Shown piece after piece: positions 10,601-20,530 of a stretch of 53,181 nt of DNA (position 1 is its first letter; each line of letters begins with the position of its first letter). The notes below the pieces were generated by a model that saw only the letters and a list, made by a program, of their open reading frames with translations, ran no database searches and was not told the DNA's origin. This stretch comes from Actinomycetales bacterium (GTDB taxonomy: Bacteria > Actinomycetota > Actinomycetes > Actinomycetales > CAVURS01): assembly GCA_045807245.1 (NCBI GenBank), contig JBJMHS010000067.1, forward strand, positions 1 to 53,181. Direction: 5' to 3'. Made by a program: the position numbers and the translations under genes.

Positions 10601-11044
10601 TTCACCTCAAGGAACTGGACGATCGACCCGAGCTCGGCCTGGACGGAGCGGGTGGAGGTGCAGGGCTTCGCCGACCCGGTGTTCGTGGACGCGGCCGGCA
10701 ACGCGCTCGGAACCGCCACAGTGCAGGCCAGCCAGGCTGCGGGAACGATCACGGTCATCCTGCCGAAGTCCGCCTTCGGGACTCCAGCGCCGGGCTGGGT
10801 CTTCTCGGTCGTGCTGCACGGGCAGGACGGGTTCTCCAGTGACCAGGCGCGCGGATTCGCGGCGACGGCGCAGCCGTTCGCGTTCGGCCTGTGTGAGGTC
10901 GGCGGTTCCAGTCCGATCTGCAGCAGCGATCCGGGTAGTGCGCCGAAGGCGATGGACGTCCTGACGCCGGCCGGAGTCGACCAGGCGACCGAGCTCGACC
11001 CGACCCTCGGTGCGGTGGTGGTCAAGGGAGTGCCTGTCTCCTGA
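7676..11044 (+). CDS. Secreted glucodextranase/glucoamylase (GH15) with Ig-like and C-terminal DOMON-like domains
   Basis: Signal peptide; ARKDCLGTARNTSSKVWYTVANGVLSDVY N-domain; GAIVASLASPWG, QLDETSYP, DRWEE, SASPLTWAQA GH15 motifs; DPSGDDNGPGTFTYP C-domain. Start may be 7676 or 7685. Confidence 0.88.
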   Translation: MRFMANRARRVVVVITTAGAMALGYGSVAGGTAGATVAAPAALPSGAAPDGPGSSSHFDLARKDCLGTARNTSSKVWYTVANGVLSDVYGPTIDTTNVETLQYVVTDGSTFTDLQSRDMTYTVRSTDQAGMSCQVTSTGKGAPYQLVTDYVTDPARDSVVMHTRLVTSTPGLKVYVRYDATVNGNGGGGSTNGGGDNASVDPTTTALVSSDTDPTTNAVNRTYAGPVFAALRADRPFLAETSGYVGTPSDGLPQLDAGHALTTTYATASDGNVVQTGLVDTRHKGEFTLALGLATTESAAITAAGGSAHAAFTTTASAYAKTWSSYDAKLKAPPTHIAGLTAAQTARVRAAYWLSVNVVKASEDKTFPGAIVASLASPWGQAVDAGATPGDQPVYFGSYREVFSRDLYEAFTGLLSAGDVSTARAATRFLFEHQQLADGRMPRNSLVNGAKAPDTGGDQLDETSYPILMALQSGLDHDAALYADHIKQAADFVVAHGPSFGSDRWEEQGGYSPSTIAAEIAGLVAAGRIADEQGDHPSARVYRATADQFQRSIKGWTVTTTGPYAAGRYFIRLSKTGDPDAAVSYGLGNGSVTADQRAVVDAGFLELVRLGELSASDPDVQASLGVVDTVISRSTDSGTGFYRYGTDQAGSEDGYGDCYEPDATSCSPTGAPWPTTNSGSGHLWPVLGGERAEYDLASGDTGSAATLLRTMDAMSSGIGLVPEQAWEDPDLPASAFGSDPATASIGFVNGRAAGSASPLTWAQAQEARLVRSLAVGSPVEQPSAVRARYAGGAVDEVPISITSPADGTTVGAATTTVSGTTQPGARVDVAATPTDTGGGTATSTVRAGAGGSWSVDVPTPLGTTVITAAALLNGDTGYARTTVVSTFVNGSTVLDVTDPSGDDNGPGTFTYPTSGDFHPGAFDLLRFQVFDTGSDIVLQAHLRDLTPTFGSPLGAQLLDVLVRDPSASPSSTAAPFTSRNWTIDPSSAWTERVEVQGFADPVFVDAAGNALGTATVQASQAAGTITVILPKSAFGTPAPGWVFSVVLHGQDGFSSDQARGFAATAQPFAFGLCEVGGSSPICSSDPGSAPKAMDVLTPAGVDQATELDPTLGAVVVKGVPVS

Positions 11045-11105
11045 GCCCACCGGGCCGAGGCACACCGCGTGTCGGCTCGGCCGCCATCGCCGGCGGGGAC
11101 CGGCG

Positions 11106-12395
11106 CTAGGGACGAGGCGTGGTCAGGCCCAGTGAGCTGCCGGTCCATCCGGGGAAGACCGACTTCGCCTCGTCGAGCGTCGCGCCGCACCGGTTGACCA
11201 GGACGTCCGCGAGCACGCTGCGGTAGTCGGTGGTCGCGCGCAGGTCGCCGTCGTACAGGTTGTCCGGCGAGAGCCCGGGCCAGGTGCCGAACACCTGTCC
11301 GCCGTTGACCGCGCCGCCGAACAGCATCATCACGTTGCCCCACCCGTGGTCGACCCCTGCCGAGGCGTTCTCCTGCGACCGCCGGCCGAACTCGCTCATC
11401 GTCACCAGCGTCACGTCGTCCGCGGCTGGGCCGAGGTCCTGCATGAACGCCGCGAGCACCTGCCCCAGCTCGGTCAGCTTGTCGAACATCCAGCCATTCC
11501 CGACGGTGCCCAGACCGGAGTGCATGTCCCAGTCACCGACGTCGACCGTGATGACCGCGATCTCCTGGTCGGACTTGATCAGCCGGGCGGCGTCGCGCAA
11601 GGAGTGCCCCAGGTCGGTGTCGGGGTACGTCGCGCCGGGCGTGTACGCCTCGGCCTCCAGGGCGGCAGCCGCGTCGAGCGCACCCAGCGTCGTCAGGGCC
11701 GGCGCGGCGACACTGGCCGTCGCGTCCGAGTGCAGCGTCCGCAGGGCAGTGGCCCAGCGGGCCCGGGTGTCGGGGGCGGTCGCGCCGGACAGTGCGAACT
11801 CGCTCAGCTCCGGGAACGAGACGTCGGGTTCCGGCCCGGCGAGCGAGCGCGGTGAGCGCGACCCCAGGCTGGTCGCCCGGAACGGCACCTCGTCGACGGT
11901 CTTGGGGTCCAGGCCCAGGGTCCGGTCCAGCCAGCCGGTCCGGATCGACGACCCCGGTGCGGCCCGCTCGATCTCCTCCATCGCCGAGAAGTGCGAGCGG
12001 TTCGGAGCCGTGAGCCCGGCGGCATGGACAACACCGAAGGTCCCGTTGTCCCACAACGGTTTCAACGGCGCCAGGGCCGGGTGCAGGCCGAACGCGCTGG
12101 ACAGCGCGAGCGTGCTGGGCGCCGGGATGCCGATCGTCGGGCGCAGCGCGTAGTAGTCGAGGTCGGTCACCGGCACGATCGCGCTGAGGCCGTCGAAACC
12201 GCCGCGCAGGAACAGCACGACGAGCGTGTCCGACCCGGCGGGCGTTGCGGCAGAGGCGAACCGCACGCCGAGGTTCGGTGCGATCGCGAGCGTCGCGCCC
12301 GTGGCCAGCGCGCCCCGCAGCAGCGTACGGCGGGTGAGCCCGGACAGCGCCCGGCCCTCCACGCAGGTGCCGCACTCGGCGTACGTGTCCGTCAT
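11106..12395 (-). CDS. DUF1501 family protein with Tat-like signal
   Basis: LTRRTLL twin-Arg motif; LVVLFLRGGFDGLS, NRSHFSAM, WDMH, SEFGRR..EN..GVDHGWG. GAGGA RBS before ATG 12395 (alternative start 12407). Confidence 0.88.
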   Translation of the reverse strand: MTDTYAECGTCVEGRALSGLTRRTLLRGALATGATLAIAPNLGVRFASAATPAGSDTLVVLFLRGGFDGLSAIVPVTDLDYYALRPTIGIPAPSTLALSSAFGLHPALAPLKPLWDNGTFGVVHAAGLTAPNRSHFSAMEEIERAAPGSSIRTGWLDRTLGLDPKTVDEVPFRATSLGSRSPRSLAGPEPDVSFPELSEFALSGATAPDTRARWATALRTLHSDATASVAAPALTTLGALDAAAALEAEAYTPGATYPDTDLGHSLRDAARLIKSDQEIAVITVDVGDWDMHSGLGTVGNGWMFDKLTELGQVLAAFMQDLGPAADDVTLVTMSEFGRRSQENASAGVDHGWGNVMMLFGGAVNGGQVFGTWPGLSPDNLYDGDLRATTDYRSVLADVLVNRCGATLDEAKSVFPGWTGSSLGLTTPRP

Positions 12396-12403
12396 CGCGG
12401 TCC

Positions 12404-13858
12404 TCATCGGTAGGCGTGGTAGGGCGAGTCGAGGAGCAGCGTGACCAGGTCGCCCAGCCGCCAGGTCACGATGGGCGACGTCGAGGTCAGCGCCTTGTCG
12501 GCCGTGGCGTTGACGAAGGTCAACGCAGCCGCGCTGTGGTCGGCGGTCATGGTGCGCCCGAAGAGCCGGACGGCGACGTCGTCGACGAACTGGCCGTGCG
12601 TCGCCGGCAGCGCACCCGGATGCACCCAGGCCAGCAACGTCGGCGTCCGCGTCAACGTGTCCGGCCACCAGCCGTTGACGATGTTGCGGTTGGAGTTCCA
12701 GCGGGTCAGCACCGCGTTGGTCGATCCCCAGGCGGCGGAGGCCATCCGGAAGCCGTCCGGCGTCGGCCAGTTCATCGGTGGCTGACCGGCCTGCTCGAGC
12801 TGCCAGACCAGTGCCTTCACGCCGTCGTACCCGGTCTTGTCCGGGCCCAGCCCCAGGACGCGGACCGTGGCGACCGTCGACTCGAGCGGGCGGCGGGTGA
12901 CGGCCCCGATACTCGCGACGAACTCCGCCGAGGTCAGCATCAGCCGGAGCACGGGAGCGATCGCGGTGTCACCGGCCAGGTAGGTGGCCACCATGCGGTC
13001 CACCAGGGCCGGTGGCGGCGTCTCGGACACGAAGTACTGCGCGAGCTTGGTGCACAGCCGCCGGGCGGTGGCGGGTTGCCGAGCGAGGTACCGCAGCATG
13101 ACGGTCGCGGTGCCGTCCCCTGCCGCCTGCGAGCTGTTGGGGTGCCGCCAGCCCAGCACCCGGACGGCCCCCGTGGCGTGGTAGCTGGGCTGGTACTGCC
13201 ACACGCCGGTCTTGTTGTCGACGGTCTCGCCGGTCAGCACCCGCGAGGACGAGGACACCATGGCCTCGAGGTAGCTGCCCACACCGAGCGAGTGCAGTTC
13301 GAGTAGCTCCCGGCCCTGGTTCTCGTTCGGGTGCTCGCGCCGGCTGGACCGGTTGTCGAGGAAGGTCAGCATCGCCGGGTGCTTCGACAGCGCGACGAGG
13401 AGGTCGGTGAACCTGGCGAAGGCGAGGGTGCGGATGGTGGCCTGGTAGTGCGCGCGCGACTCGTCCACACCGTCCGACATCACGGCGACGTTCATGTGGT
13501 TGGCCCAGAAGTCGGTCATCAGCGCCTGCAGCTGCCGTTTCGACCAGCACAGCCGGGCCACGTGCTCGCACTGCACCGAGAACTTGCGCTGCCAGCCTTC
13601 GAGCGCGCCGCTGTCGATCTTGCTCTTGACCGAGGCGATCGACTCGGTCTGGGAGCCGAACCTCGCGGCGATCGCGTCGTAGGTGTGGTCGTCGATCGAG
13701 GCCGGGTTGAGCTGCGTGTCGATCCAGGCCGTCACGCCGGTGGCCGCGATCTCGCTGACGAGTGCCGGGGACGCCCCGCCGGTCAGCCGGCGCGCCACGT
13801 GCCACACCTGTGACGTCGGCAGATACGCCGCCCCCGTGGTCGGCGGGCTCGGGCTCAT
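12404..13858 (-). CDS. DUF1800 family protein
   Basis: QLQALMTDFWANHMNV, HPAMLTFLDN, PNENQGRELLELHSLG; directly upstream of its usual partner DUF1501. Confidence 0.88.
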   Translation of the reverse strand: MSPSPPTTGAAYLPTSQVWHVARRLTGGASPALVSEIAATGVTAWIDTQLNPASIDDHTYDAIAARFGSQTESIASVKSKIDSGALEGWQRKFSVQCEHVARLCWSKRQLQALMTDFWANHMNVAVMSDGVDESRAHYQATIRTLAFARFTDLLVALSKHPAMLTFLDNRSSRREHPNENQGRELLELHSLGVGSYLEAMVSSSSRVLTGETVDNKTGVWQYQPSYHATGAVRVLGWRHPNSSQAAGDGTATVMLRYLARQPATARRLCTKLAQYFVSETPPPALVDRMVATYLAGDTAIAPVLRLMLTSAEFVASIGAVTRRPLESTVATVRVLGLGPDKTGYDGVKALVWQLEQAGQPPMNWPTPDGFRMASAAWGSTNAVLTRWNSNRNIVNGWWPDTLTRTPTLLAWVHPGALPATHGQFVDDVAVRLFGRTMTADHSAAALTFVNATADKALTSTSPIVTWRLGDLVTLLLDSPYHAYR

Positions 13859-13912
13859 GCCGGCGCATCGACCGACGGCGGGCCGACCTGAACCGGAACG
13901 TCGGCCGACTAC

Positions 13913-13967
13913 TCCGAACGGGTGACCCGGCGAGCACTCGCCCGGCCGGTCGGTTCACCCGTTCGGA
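13913..13967. repeat. Perfect 13-bp inverted repeat between hrpA and DUF1800
   Basis: TCCGAACGGGTGA (13913-13925) and TCACCCGTTCGGA (13955-13967). Confidence 0.75.
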
Positions 13968-14000
13968 CTGACCCAGCCGCGACCCGTGGCCCGGTCAAAG

Positions 14001-17000
14001 TCAGGGAACGGTCAGCGCGTCCAGCGCGCGGTAGATCCGCTGCTCGGACACGGGGTACGCGGTCCGGACCCCCTGGGCGAACAGGCTGACTCGCAGCTCC
14101 TCGAGCATCCAGTGCAGGTCGTCGACCTCCGGGGTGGACCTGCGTCCCTCGGGCAGTGCGGCCACGGCGGCCGCGACCTCGTCGGTCACGGTGCGCAGGC
14201 GGGCCATCGCGGCGGCGTCGCGCCGCACGTTGTCCGGCAGTCGCCTGAGCCGGACCCGTACCGCCTCGAGGTAGCGCTGGAGGTCTCCGAGCCGGCTCGC
14301 ACCGGTGCGGGTCACGAACCGGTCCGGCAGCAGGGCGGTGACCTGGGCCCGCACGTCGGCCACTGCCGGCGCCAGCAGGGGCGAGGTCATCGCCTCGGTC
14401 TGCTGCCGGATGTCCTGGGCCAGGTCGAGGATCGCGACGACCGGCCCGAGCAACGACTCGAACGCGCGCGGCAGCTGAGGCCGCACCCGGTCGCGCCGAG
14501 CCGCGTACGCCGCTGCGCTGCGCACGTCGGCCCGGTCACCGTCCAGCAGCTGGTCGACCGCCGCGTCCACGCAGTCGGCCAGCAGCGCGGCTGACCCGCC
14601 GGCGTGCGGTGCCGTGCCCAGGCTCAGCCGCTGCCGGTTGGTCAGCCGGCGCAGCGCGGCCGAGGCCGGCGACGGCAGCTCGAGCACGAGCAGACGCCGC
14701 AGTCCGGCCCGATGGTGGCGGGCCGCCTCGTCGGCGCTCCCGAGCACCTGCACCGAGACGCTGTCGCCGTCGTCGACGAGCGCGGGGTACCCGCGGACCA
14801 CCGACCCGGCCCGGCTGACCTCGACGACGTCGGGCAGGTCCGGAGGGTCGCCCTCGACCCACGTGGTCAGGCCCTGGCGGCGCAGGTCCGGCCCGGCCTG
14901 CGCCGCGGCGTCTCCGAGCGCCTGCGCCGTCCGCGGCGCGAGGCGCCGGGCCAGCTCGGCCAGGTCCGCGCCGGTCGCCCGCACCGGGCTGTCCGCACCG
15001 GCGCCGTCGTGAACGGCGAAGGTCATCCGCAGGTGCGCCGGCAGGCGGGCGTCGTCCCAGTCCGACGGCTCGATCCGGCTGCCCCCCATGTCCTCCAGGG
15101 TGCGGGCCAGCTCCTCGCGCAGGTCCCCGCGACCGGATCGGCCGGCGAGCGACCCCAGGGCCGCCGTCGCGAAGTTGGGTGCCGGGACGTAGCTGCGCCG
15201 GATGGCCTTGGGCAGGGAGCGGATCAGGGCCGTGACGAGCTCCTCGCGCAGGCCGGGCACCTGCCAGCTGAACGGAGCCGGGTCGAGCTGACCGAGCACG
15301 TCCACGGGCACGTGCACCGTGACGCCGTCGGCCTCGGCGCCCGGTTCGAACTGGTAGGTGAGCGACAAGGGGATCTCGCCGGCGTACCAGACGGACGGGA
15401 AGGCCTCCTCGGAGACCGCGGCGGCATCGGTACGACGCAGCACGCTGTCGTCGTACGTGAGCAGGTCCGGCGCGTCCTTGTGCGCTTTGCGCCACCACCG
15501 GTCGAAATGTCGTTGCGAGACAACGGTTCTCGGCACCCGCTGGTCGAAGAAGTCGAACAGTGACTCCTCGTCGACCAACAGGTCCCGGCGCCGGGCGCGA
15601 GCCTCGAGCCGTTCGATCTCGGCGACTCGGCGAGCGTTGTCGCGGACGAACCGGTGCTGGCTGGTCCACTCGCCCTGCACCAGCGCGTGCCGGATGAACA
15701 GCTCCCGGGACAGCTCCGGGTCGATGGTGCTGTACGTCACCCGGCGCTGCGTCACGATCGGGATCCCGAACAGGCTGACCCGTTCGTACGCCATCACCGC
15801 ACCGCGCCGGGCCGACCAGTGCGGCTCGCTGTAGGTGCGAGCGACGAGGTGCTCCGCGGCGGGCTCGATCCACGCGGGATCCACCCTGGCCACAACGCGG
15901 GCCTACAGCCGGGACGTCTCGACCAGCTCCGCGGCGACGACCCAGTCCGGCGGGCGCCGGGCGAGGGCCGAGCCGGGCCAGATCGCGAAGCGGGCCCCCC
16001 GCGCTCCGAGGTAGTCGCGTCGCTCCTGGTCGCGGAGCCCCACGTGCGACAGGAGCCCCGTGAGCAGGGCTTGGTGGAGGCGCGCCCCGTCGATCTCGTC
16101 GCGCAGCGAGCCACGCGGCACCGACAGACCGATCTCCTTCGCGACGCGACGGAGCTGGCTGACCAGGTCCTGCCACTCGCGGATGCGCAGGTAGTGGAGC
16201 ATCTCGTCGCGGCACAGACGACGGAAAGCGTTGCCGGACAAGGCCTTCTGCTGCTCGCGAAGATACCGCCAGAGGTTGAGGTACGAGAGGAAGTCGGAGG
16301 AGGCGTCCGCGAACCGAGCATGCAGCTGGGTGGCGCGCGCCTCCTGGTCGACCGGCCGCTCGCGCGGGTCCTGGATCGACAGGGCGGCAGTGACGACGAT
16401 CGCCTCGCCCAGGCAGCCCGCCCCGTCCGCGGCCAGGATCATCCGGGCCAGCCGCGGGTCGATCGGGACGCGGGCCAGGCGGCGTCCGAGCGGGGTCAGA
16501 CGCGGCGGGCCGTCGCCGTCGTCGGTCTCGAGCGCCCCCAGCTCGCGCAGCACGGCCCGTCCGTCACGGACCAGCCGGTGGTCCGGTGGGTCGACGAAGG
16601 GGAATGCCGCGACGTCACCCAGCCCGAGGGCCGACATCTGGAGGATGACCGAGGCCAGGTTGGTCCGCACGATCTCCGGCTCGGTGAACTCCGGTCGCCC
16701 CGCGAAGTCCGTCTCGTCGTACAGCCGGATGCACACGCCCGCCGCGACCCGGCCGCAGCGCCCGGCCCGCTGGTTCGCGCTGGCCTGGCTGATCGGCTCG
16801 ATCGGCAGGCGTTGCACCTTCAGCCGCTGGCTGTACCGCGAGATGCGGGCCGTGCCGGGGTCGACGACGTAGTGGATCCCCGGCACGGTGAGGGACGTCT
16901 CGGCCACGTTCGTCGCGAGCACGACCCGGCGCCGGCTGTGTGGCCTGAACACCTGGTGCTGCTCAGCAGCCGACAGCCGTGCGTACAGCGGCAGGATCTC

Positions 17001-17747
17001 GGTGCCGGGAATCTCTTTGCGCCGCAACGCATCCGCGAGGTCGCGGATCTCCCGCTCACCCGAGCAGAACACGAGGATGTCGCCCGGCCCCTCGGTCCAG
17101 AGCTCCTCGACCGCGTCCAGCACAGCCTCGACCTGGTCCCGGTCATCGGGCCCGGGCGCGGCCGGTCCGTACGGGCGGTAGCGAACCTCGACCGGGTAGG
17201 TCCGGCCGGAGACCTCGATGACCGGCGCGTCGTCGAAGTGACGGGAGAAGCGCACCGGGTCGATCGTGGCCGAGGTGATGACCAGCTTGAGATCGGGGCG
17301 GCGCGGCAGCAGCTGTTTGAGGTACCCCAGCAGGAAGTCGATGTTGAGGCTGCGCTCGTGCGCCTCGTCGATGATCAACGTGTCGTAGCGCCGGAGCATC
17401 GGGTCACGCTGCACCTCGGCCAGCAGGATGCCGTCGGTCATGACCTTCACCCGGGTGTCCGGCCCGGTGTGGTCGGTGAACCGCACCTGGTAGCCGACCG
17501 TCGTACCCGGCTCGGTGCCGAGCTCCTCGGCGATCCGGTCGGCGACCGAGCGCGCTGCGATGCGCCGAGGTTGGGTGTGGCCGATGACGTCTCGACCCAG
17601 CTCGAGGCAGATCTTGGGCAGCTGGGTCGTCTTGCCCGACCCGGTCTCACCTGCCACCACGACGACCTGGTGGTCCTGGATCGCTGCCGCGATGTCACCT
17701 CGCCGCTGGCTGACCGGCAGCTCTTCGGGGTAGGTGATCGCGAGCAT
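14001..17747 (-). pseudogene. hrpA: ATP-dependent RNA helicase HrpA interrupted by one in-frame TAG at 15903-15905
   Basis: GETGSGKTTQ, DEAHERSLN, SAT, ATNVAETSLT, QRAGRCGR. The two ORF-track pieces are in the same frame (ELVETSRL*ARVVARVDPAWIE), and the DUF3418-like C-terminus (LEELRVSLFAQ) is intact. Confidence 0.88.
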
Positions 17748-17760
17748 CGACCGGTATCCG

Positions 17761-18600
17761 TCAGGCGCTGGCGACGCGGTCCAGCACCAGCGAGGCCACC
17801 TCGTCGGGGTACCGCTCGGGCAGCCAGTGCCCGGCCTCGAGCTCGACGAACAGGTAGGCGGCGTCGACGAACCGAGCCGTCGCCTCCGCCGCAGCGCGTC
17901 CGAGCGCCACGTCCCGGCGGCCCCAGGCGTACGTCGTCGGTACGCGGGTGCGGCCGATGTGGTCGTGCAGCGACGATGCGATGCCGCGATACCAGCCCAG
18001 CGCGCCGGCCAGCGCAGCCGGATCGGCCATCCGCGCGGCGTACTCCTGCGCGATCGGCGCCGGCAGACCACTCTTGACCAGGCTGCTGCGCAGCCCGCGC
18101 GGCACGACGCGCTCCGGCAGGTACGGCAGCGCGAACGCGGCCATGTACCAGGACTTCAGCGCCTGTCTCGAATGCGTGAAGGACCAGGCGAGCGCCGCCG
18201 GGTGCGGCGTCGACAGCACCGTCAGCGAGGAGACCCGGTCCCGATACAGGCCGGCGGTCGCCCAGGCCGCGGCGCCGCCCCAGTCGTGGCCCACGACGTG
18301 CGCCCGGCTGACCTGCGCGGCGTCCACCAGGGCGACCACGTCCGCCGCGATCTCCCGCATGCGGTACGCCGAGCGCGCGGACGGGCGGGCTCGTGGGGAG
18401 TAGCCGCGCAGGTCCGGTGCCAGCGTGCGGAGCCCGGCCGCGTGCAACGCCGGTACGACAGAGCCCCAGGTCAGGCCCGACTGCGGGAAGCCGTGCAGCA
18501 GCATCACGACCTCGGCCGCCTCCTCCGGCCCCTCGTCGAGGACGTCGAAGACCAGACCGTCACGCGCGTACTGGCGAACGCGGTGCTCGTCGTTCGGCAT
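17761..18600 (-). CDS. Alpha/beta hydrolase (epoxide hydrolase-like)
   Basis: LLHGFPQ, APDLRGYS, GHDWGG nucleophile elbow, AGHWLPE. Confidence 0.9.
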   Translation of the reverse strand: MPNDEHRVRQYARDGLVFDVLDEGPEEAAEVVMLLHGFPQSGLTWGSVVPALHAAGLRTLAPDLRGYSPRARPSARSAYRMREIAADVVALVDAAQVSRAHVVGHDWGGAAAWATAGLYRDRVSSLTVLSTPHPAALAWSFTHSRQALKSWYMAAFALPYLPERVVPRGLRSSLVKSGLPAPIAQEYAARMADPAALAGALGWYRGIASSLHDHIGRTRVPTTYAWGRRDVALGRAAAEATARFVDAAYLFVELEAGHWLPERYPDEVASLVLDRVASA

Positions 18601-18719
18601 GCGGGCAGCCTAGGTGGCGCGAGGAGCCTGCGCGGTATGTCCGTTTGCGGCACCGGGCCGCCACGCCCGGGTCCGAGCCGGCTTTTCACTTGCGGGTTAC
18701 CTTTTGGCAAGATCGACGG

Positions 18720-19568
18720 ATGGACGGCTCGCACCGGACCCGTTTCACGGGTCAGCGCCGACGCCGTCCGGGTGTTCACGCCGCTTCCGACGGTGCCGCC
18801 ACGCACGGCCTGCCGCCTCGGCACGCCGCGTCCCACGGGGCCGGCAACCACACCGCCCCGCCGCGCACCAGGCCCAGCGGAGGACACGCGCGTTCCCGGG
18901 CGGCGCAGGCCCGCCGCCGCGCCGTCGCCCGTGAACGGATGATGCAGCGGCGCCGTCGCTCGCTGGGCGCGCTGTCCCTGCTGGTCATGGCGGTCACCGT
19001 GCTCATCACGCTGACCCGGCCCGGGCCCCAGCCGGCGGAAGCCGCGGCCCAGACATCCACGCTGCACAACGTCCCAGCCGGCGTCTACTCCGGCGGCAGC
19101 AGCAGCATGCCTGCAGGAGCGGCGGCCGACGGGCTCGCGGCGGCCCAGCTCACCGCGCCGAACGGCACTGCCGTCGCGCTGACTGCGAAGCCGGTCACGT
19201 GGACCCAGCCGCGCGGCGCGACGATCCGCTGCCCGATCATGGTCACGGCGTGCGTCGACCTCACGGCGAAGATCACCTGGCTCCAGCACGGGAGCCACAT
19301 CATCCTCGGCCCGGTGCGGATGCAGCCCGGCGAGGGCAGCAGCAAGACGCCGAAGGGCCTGTTCACGATCAACAAGAAGGCGCAGGTCTACTTCAGCCAC
19401 ACCTACGGCGGGGCGATGCCGTACTCGGTCTTCTGGGGCCACGACGGCATCGCGTACCACGAGGGCACGCTGAACGGCTTCTCGCACGGGTGCATCCACC
19501 TGTCCATGGTCAATGCCAAGCGGTTCTTCGCAGCGCTGCACAAGGGCGACCGGGTCTACGTCGCCTGA
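18720..19568 (+). CDS. L,D-transpeptidase (YkuD) family protein, membrane-anchored
   Basis: TM helix after a basic N-terminus; TPKGLF and GIAYHEG...SHGCIHL catalytic motif. Start uncertain (18720 or 18939). Confidence 0.85.
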   Translation: MDGSHRTRFTGQRRRRPGVHAASDGAATHGLPPRHAASHGAGNHTAPPRTRPSGGHARSRAAQARRRAVARERMMQRRRRSLGALSLLVMAVTVLITLTRPGPQPAEAAAQTSTLHNVPAGVYSGGSSSMPAGAAADGLAAAQLTAPNGTAVALTAKPVTWTQPRGATIRCPIMVTACVDLTAKITWLQHGSHIILGPVRMQPGEGSSKTPKGLFTINKKAQVYFSHTYGGAMPYSVFWGHDGIAYHEGTLNGFSHGCIHLSMVNAKRFFAALHKGDRVYVA

Positions 19569-19629
19569 CCGCTGAGCCGCCCGGGTCGGCCGGCTCAAGC
19601 CCGGGCGCCGGGCCGCCGAACTGCCTGCT

Positions 19630-20427
19630 GTGCAGGGGCTGACTCGACGAGGCGTCCTCGGCGTCGTCCAGCTGGGCGTGTGCGTCATGACCGGTGTGCT
19701 CGTCTTCGCCTTGCTCAACGCGCGTGAGGATGGGCTCGCGCGACCGACCCCGTTCGGGTACCCGCCGCTGCCCGCCGATGCGGGGACCCACCGCCTCTTG
19801 GCCCTGCCCGCGGACAGCCACAGCACGTCGTACGCGTTCCTGGAGACGCTGCCGGACGGCTCACCCGTCACGTACGACGCCTGCCGCCCGATCCACTACG
19901 TGATCAGCACGCACGACCTCCCGGCCTACGGCGTGAAGATGGTCCAGGAGGCGGTGGCGAAGGCCAGCGCGGCGTCGGGTCTGAGGTTCCAGTACGACGG
20001 CCCCACCAGCGAGGTGGCCGGGCCGAACCGCGCGCTCGTCCAGAGGGACCGGTACGGCGACCGCTGGGCACCCGTCCTCATCGGGTTCAGCACGGCGGAC
20101 GAGCAGTCCATGCTCGGCGAGGACGTCATGGGCCGCGGCGGCAGCAGCTCCGTGGCGCCCGAGGGGCCGGCGTCGGCGCGCTACGTCACGGGCAAGGTGG
20201 TCCTCGACCGGGACGACTTCGACCGGGCCATGCACGAGCAGGTCCAAGGCTTCGCCGAGGGCCGAGCCGTGGTCATGCACGAGCTGGGTCACGTGCTGGG
20301 CCTCAACCACGTGCAGGACCCGCTGCAGCTGATGGACGCGGCGAACAGCGGCTTCCTCTTCTACGGCCCGGGGGACCTGCGCGGTCTGGCCCTGGTGGGG
20401 TCCGGGCTCTGCCATCACGACACCTGA
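19630..20427 (+). CDS. Matrixin-family zinc metalloprotease
   Basis: HELGHVLGLNH zinc motif with Met-turn (QLM); N-terminal hydrophobic segment. Confidence 0.85.
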   Translation: MQGLTRRGVLGVVQLGVCVMTGVLVFALLNAREDGLARPTPFGYPPLPADAGTHRLLALPADSHSTSYAFLETLPDGSPVTYDACRPIHYVISTHDLPAYGVKMVQEAVAKASAASGLRFQYDGPTSEVAGPNRALVQRDRYGDRWAPVLIGFSTADEQSMLGEDVMGRGGSSSVAPEGPASARYVTGKVVLDRDDFDRAMHEQVQGFAEGRAVVMHELGHVLGLNHVQDPLQLMDAANSGFLFYGPGDLRGLALVGSGLCHHDT

Positions 20428-20530
20428 GCCGACGCCTGCTCTGGCCCTTCAGCACCGCACCCGCGGAATGCGTCGCGGCGAGCATGCTGTTGGCCTTGTC
20501 TGAGGATGTCGCTGACGGGAGGGTGAACGG

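Noticed and set aside
15903..15905. Pyrrolysine or programmed amber recoding in hrpA
   Set aside because: No pyl genes in the window, other genes use TAG as a normal stop, and the position is normally aromatic; mutation or sequencing error is simpler.
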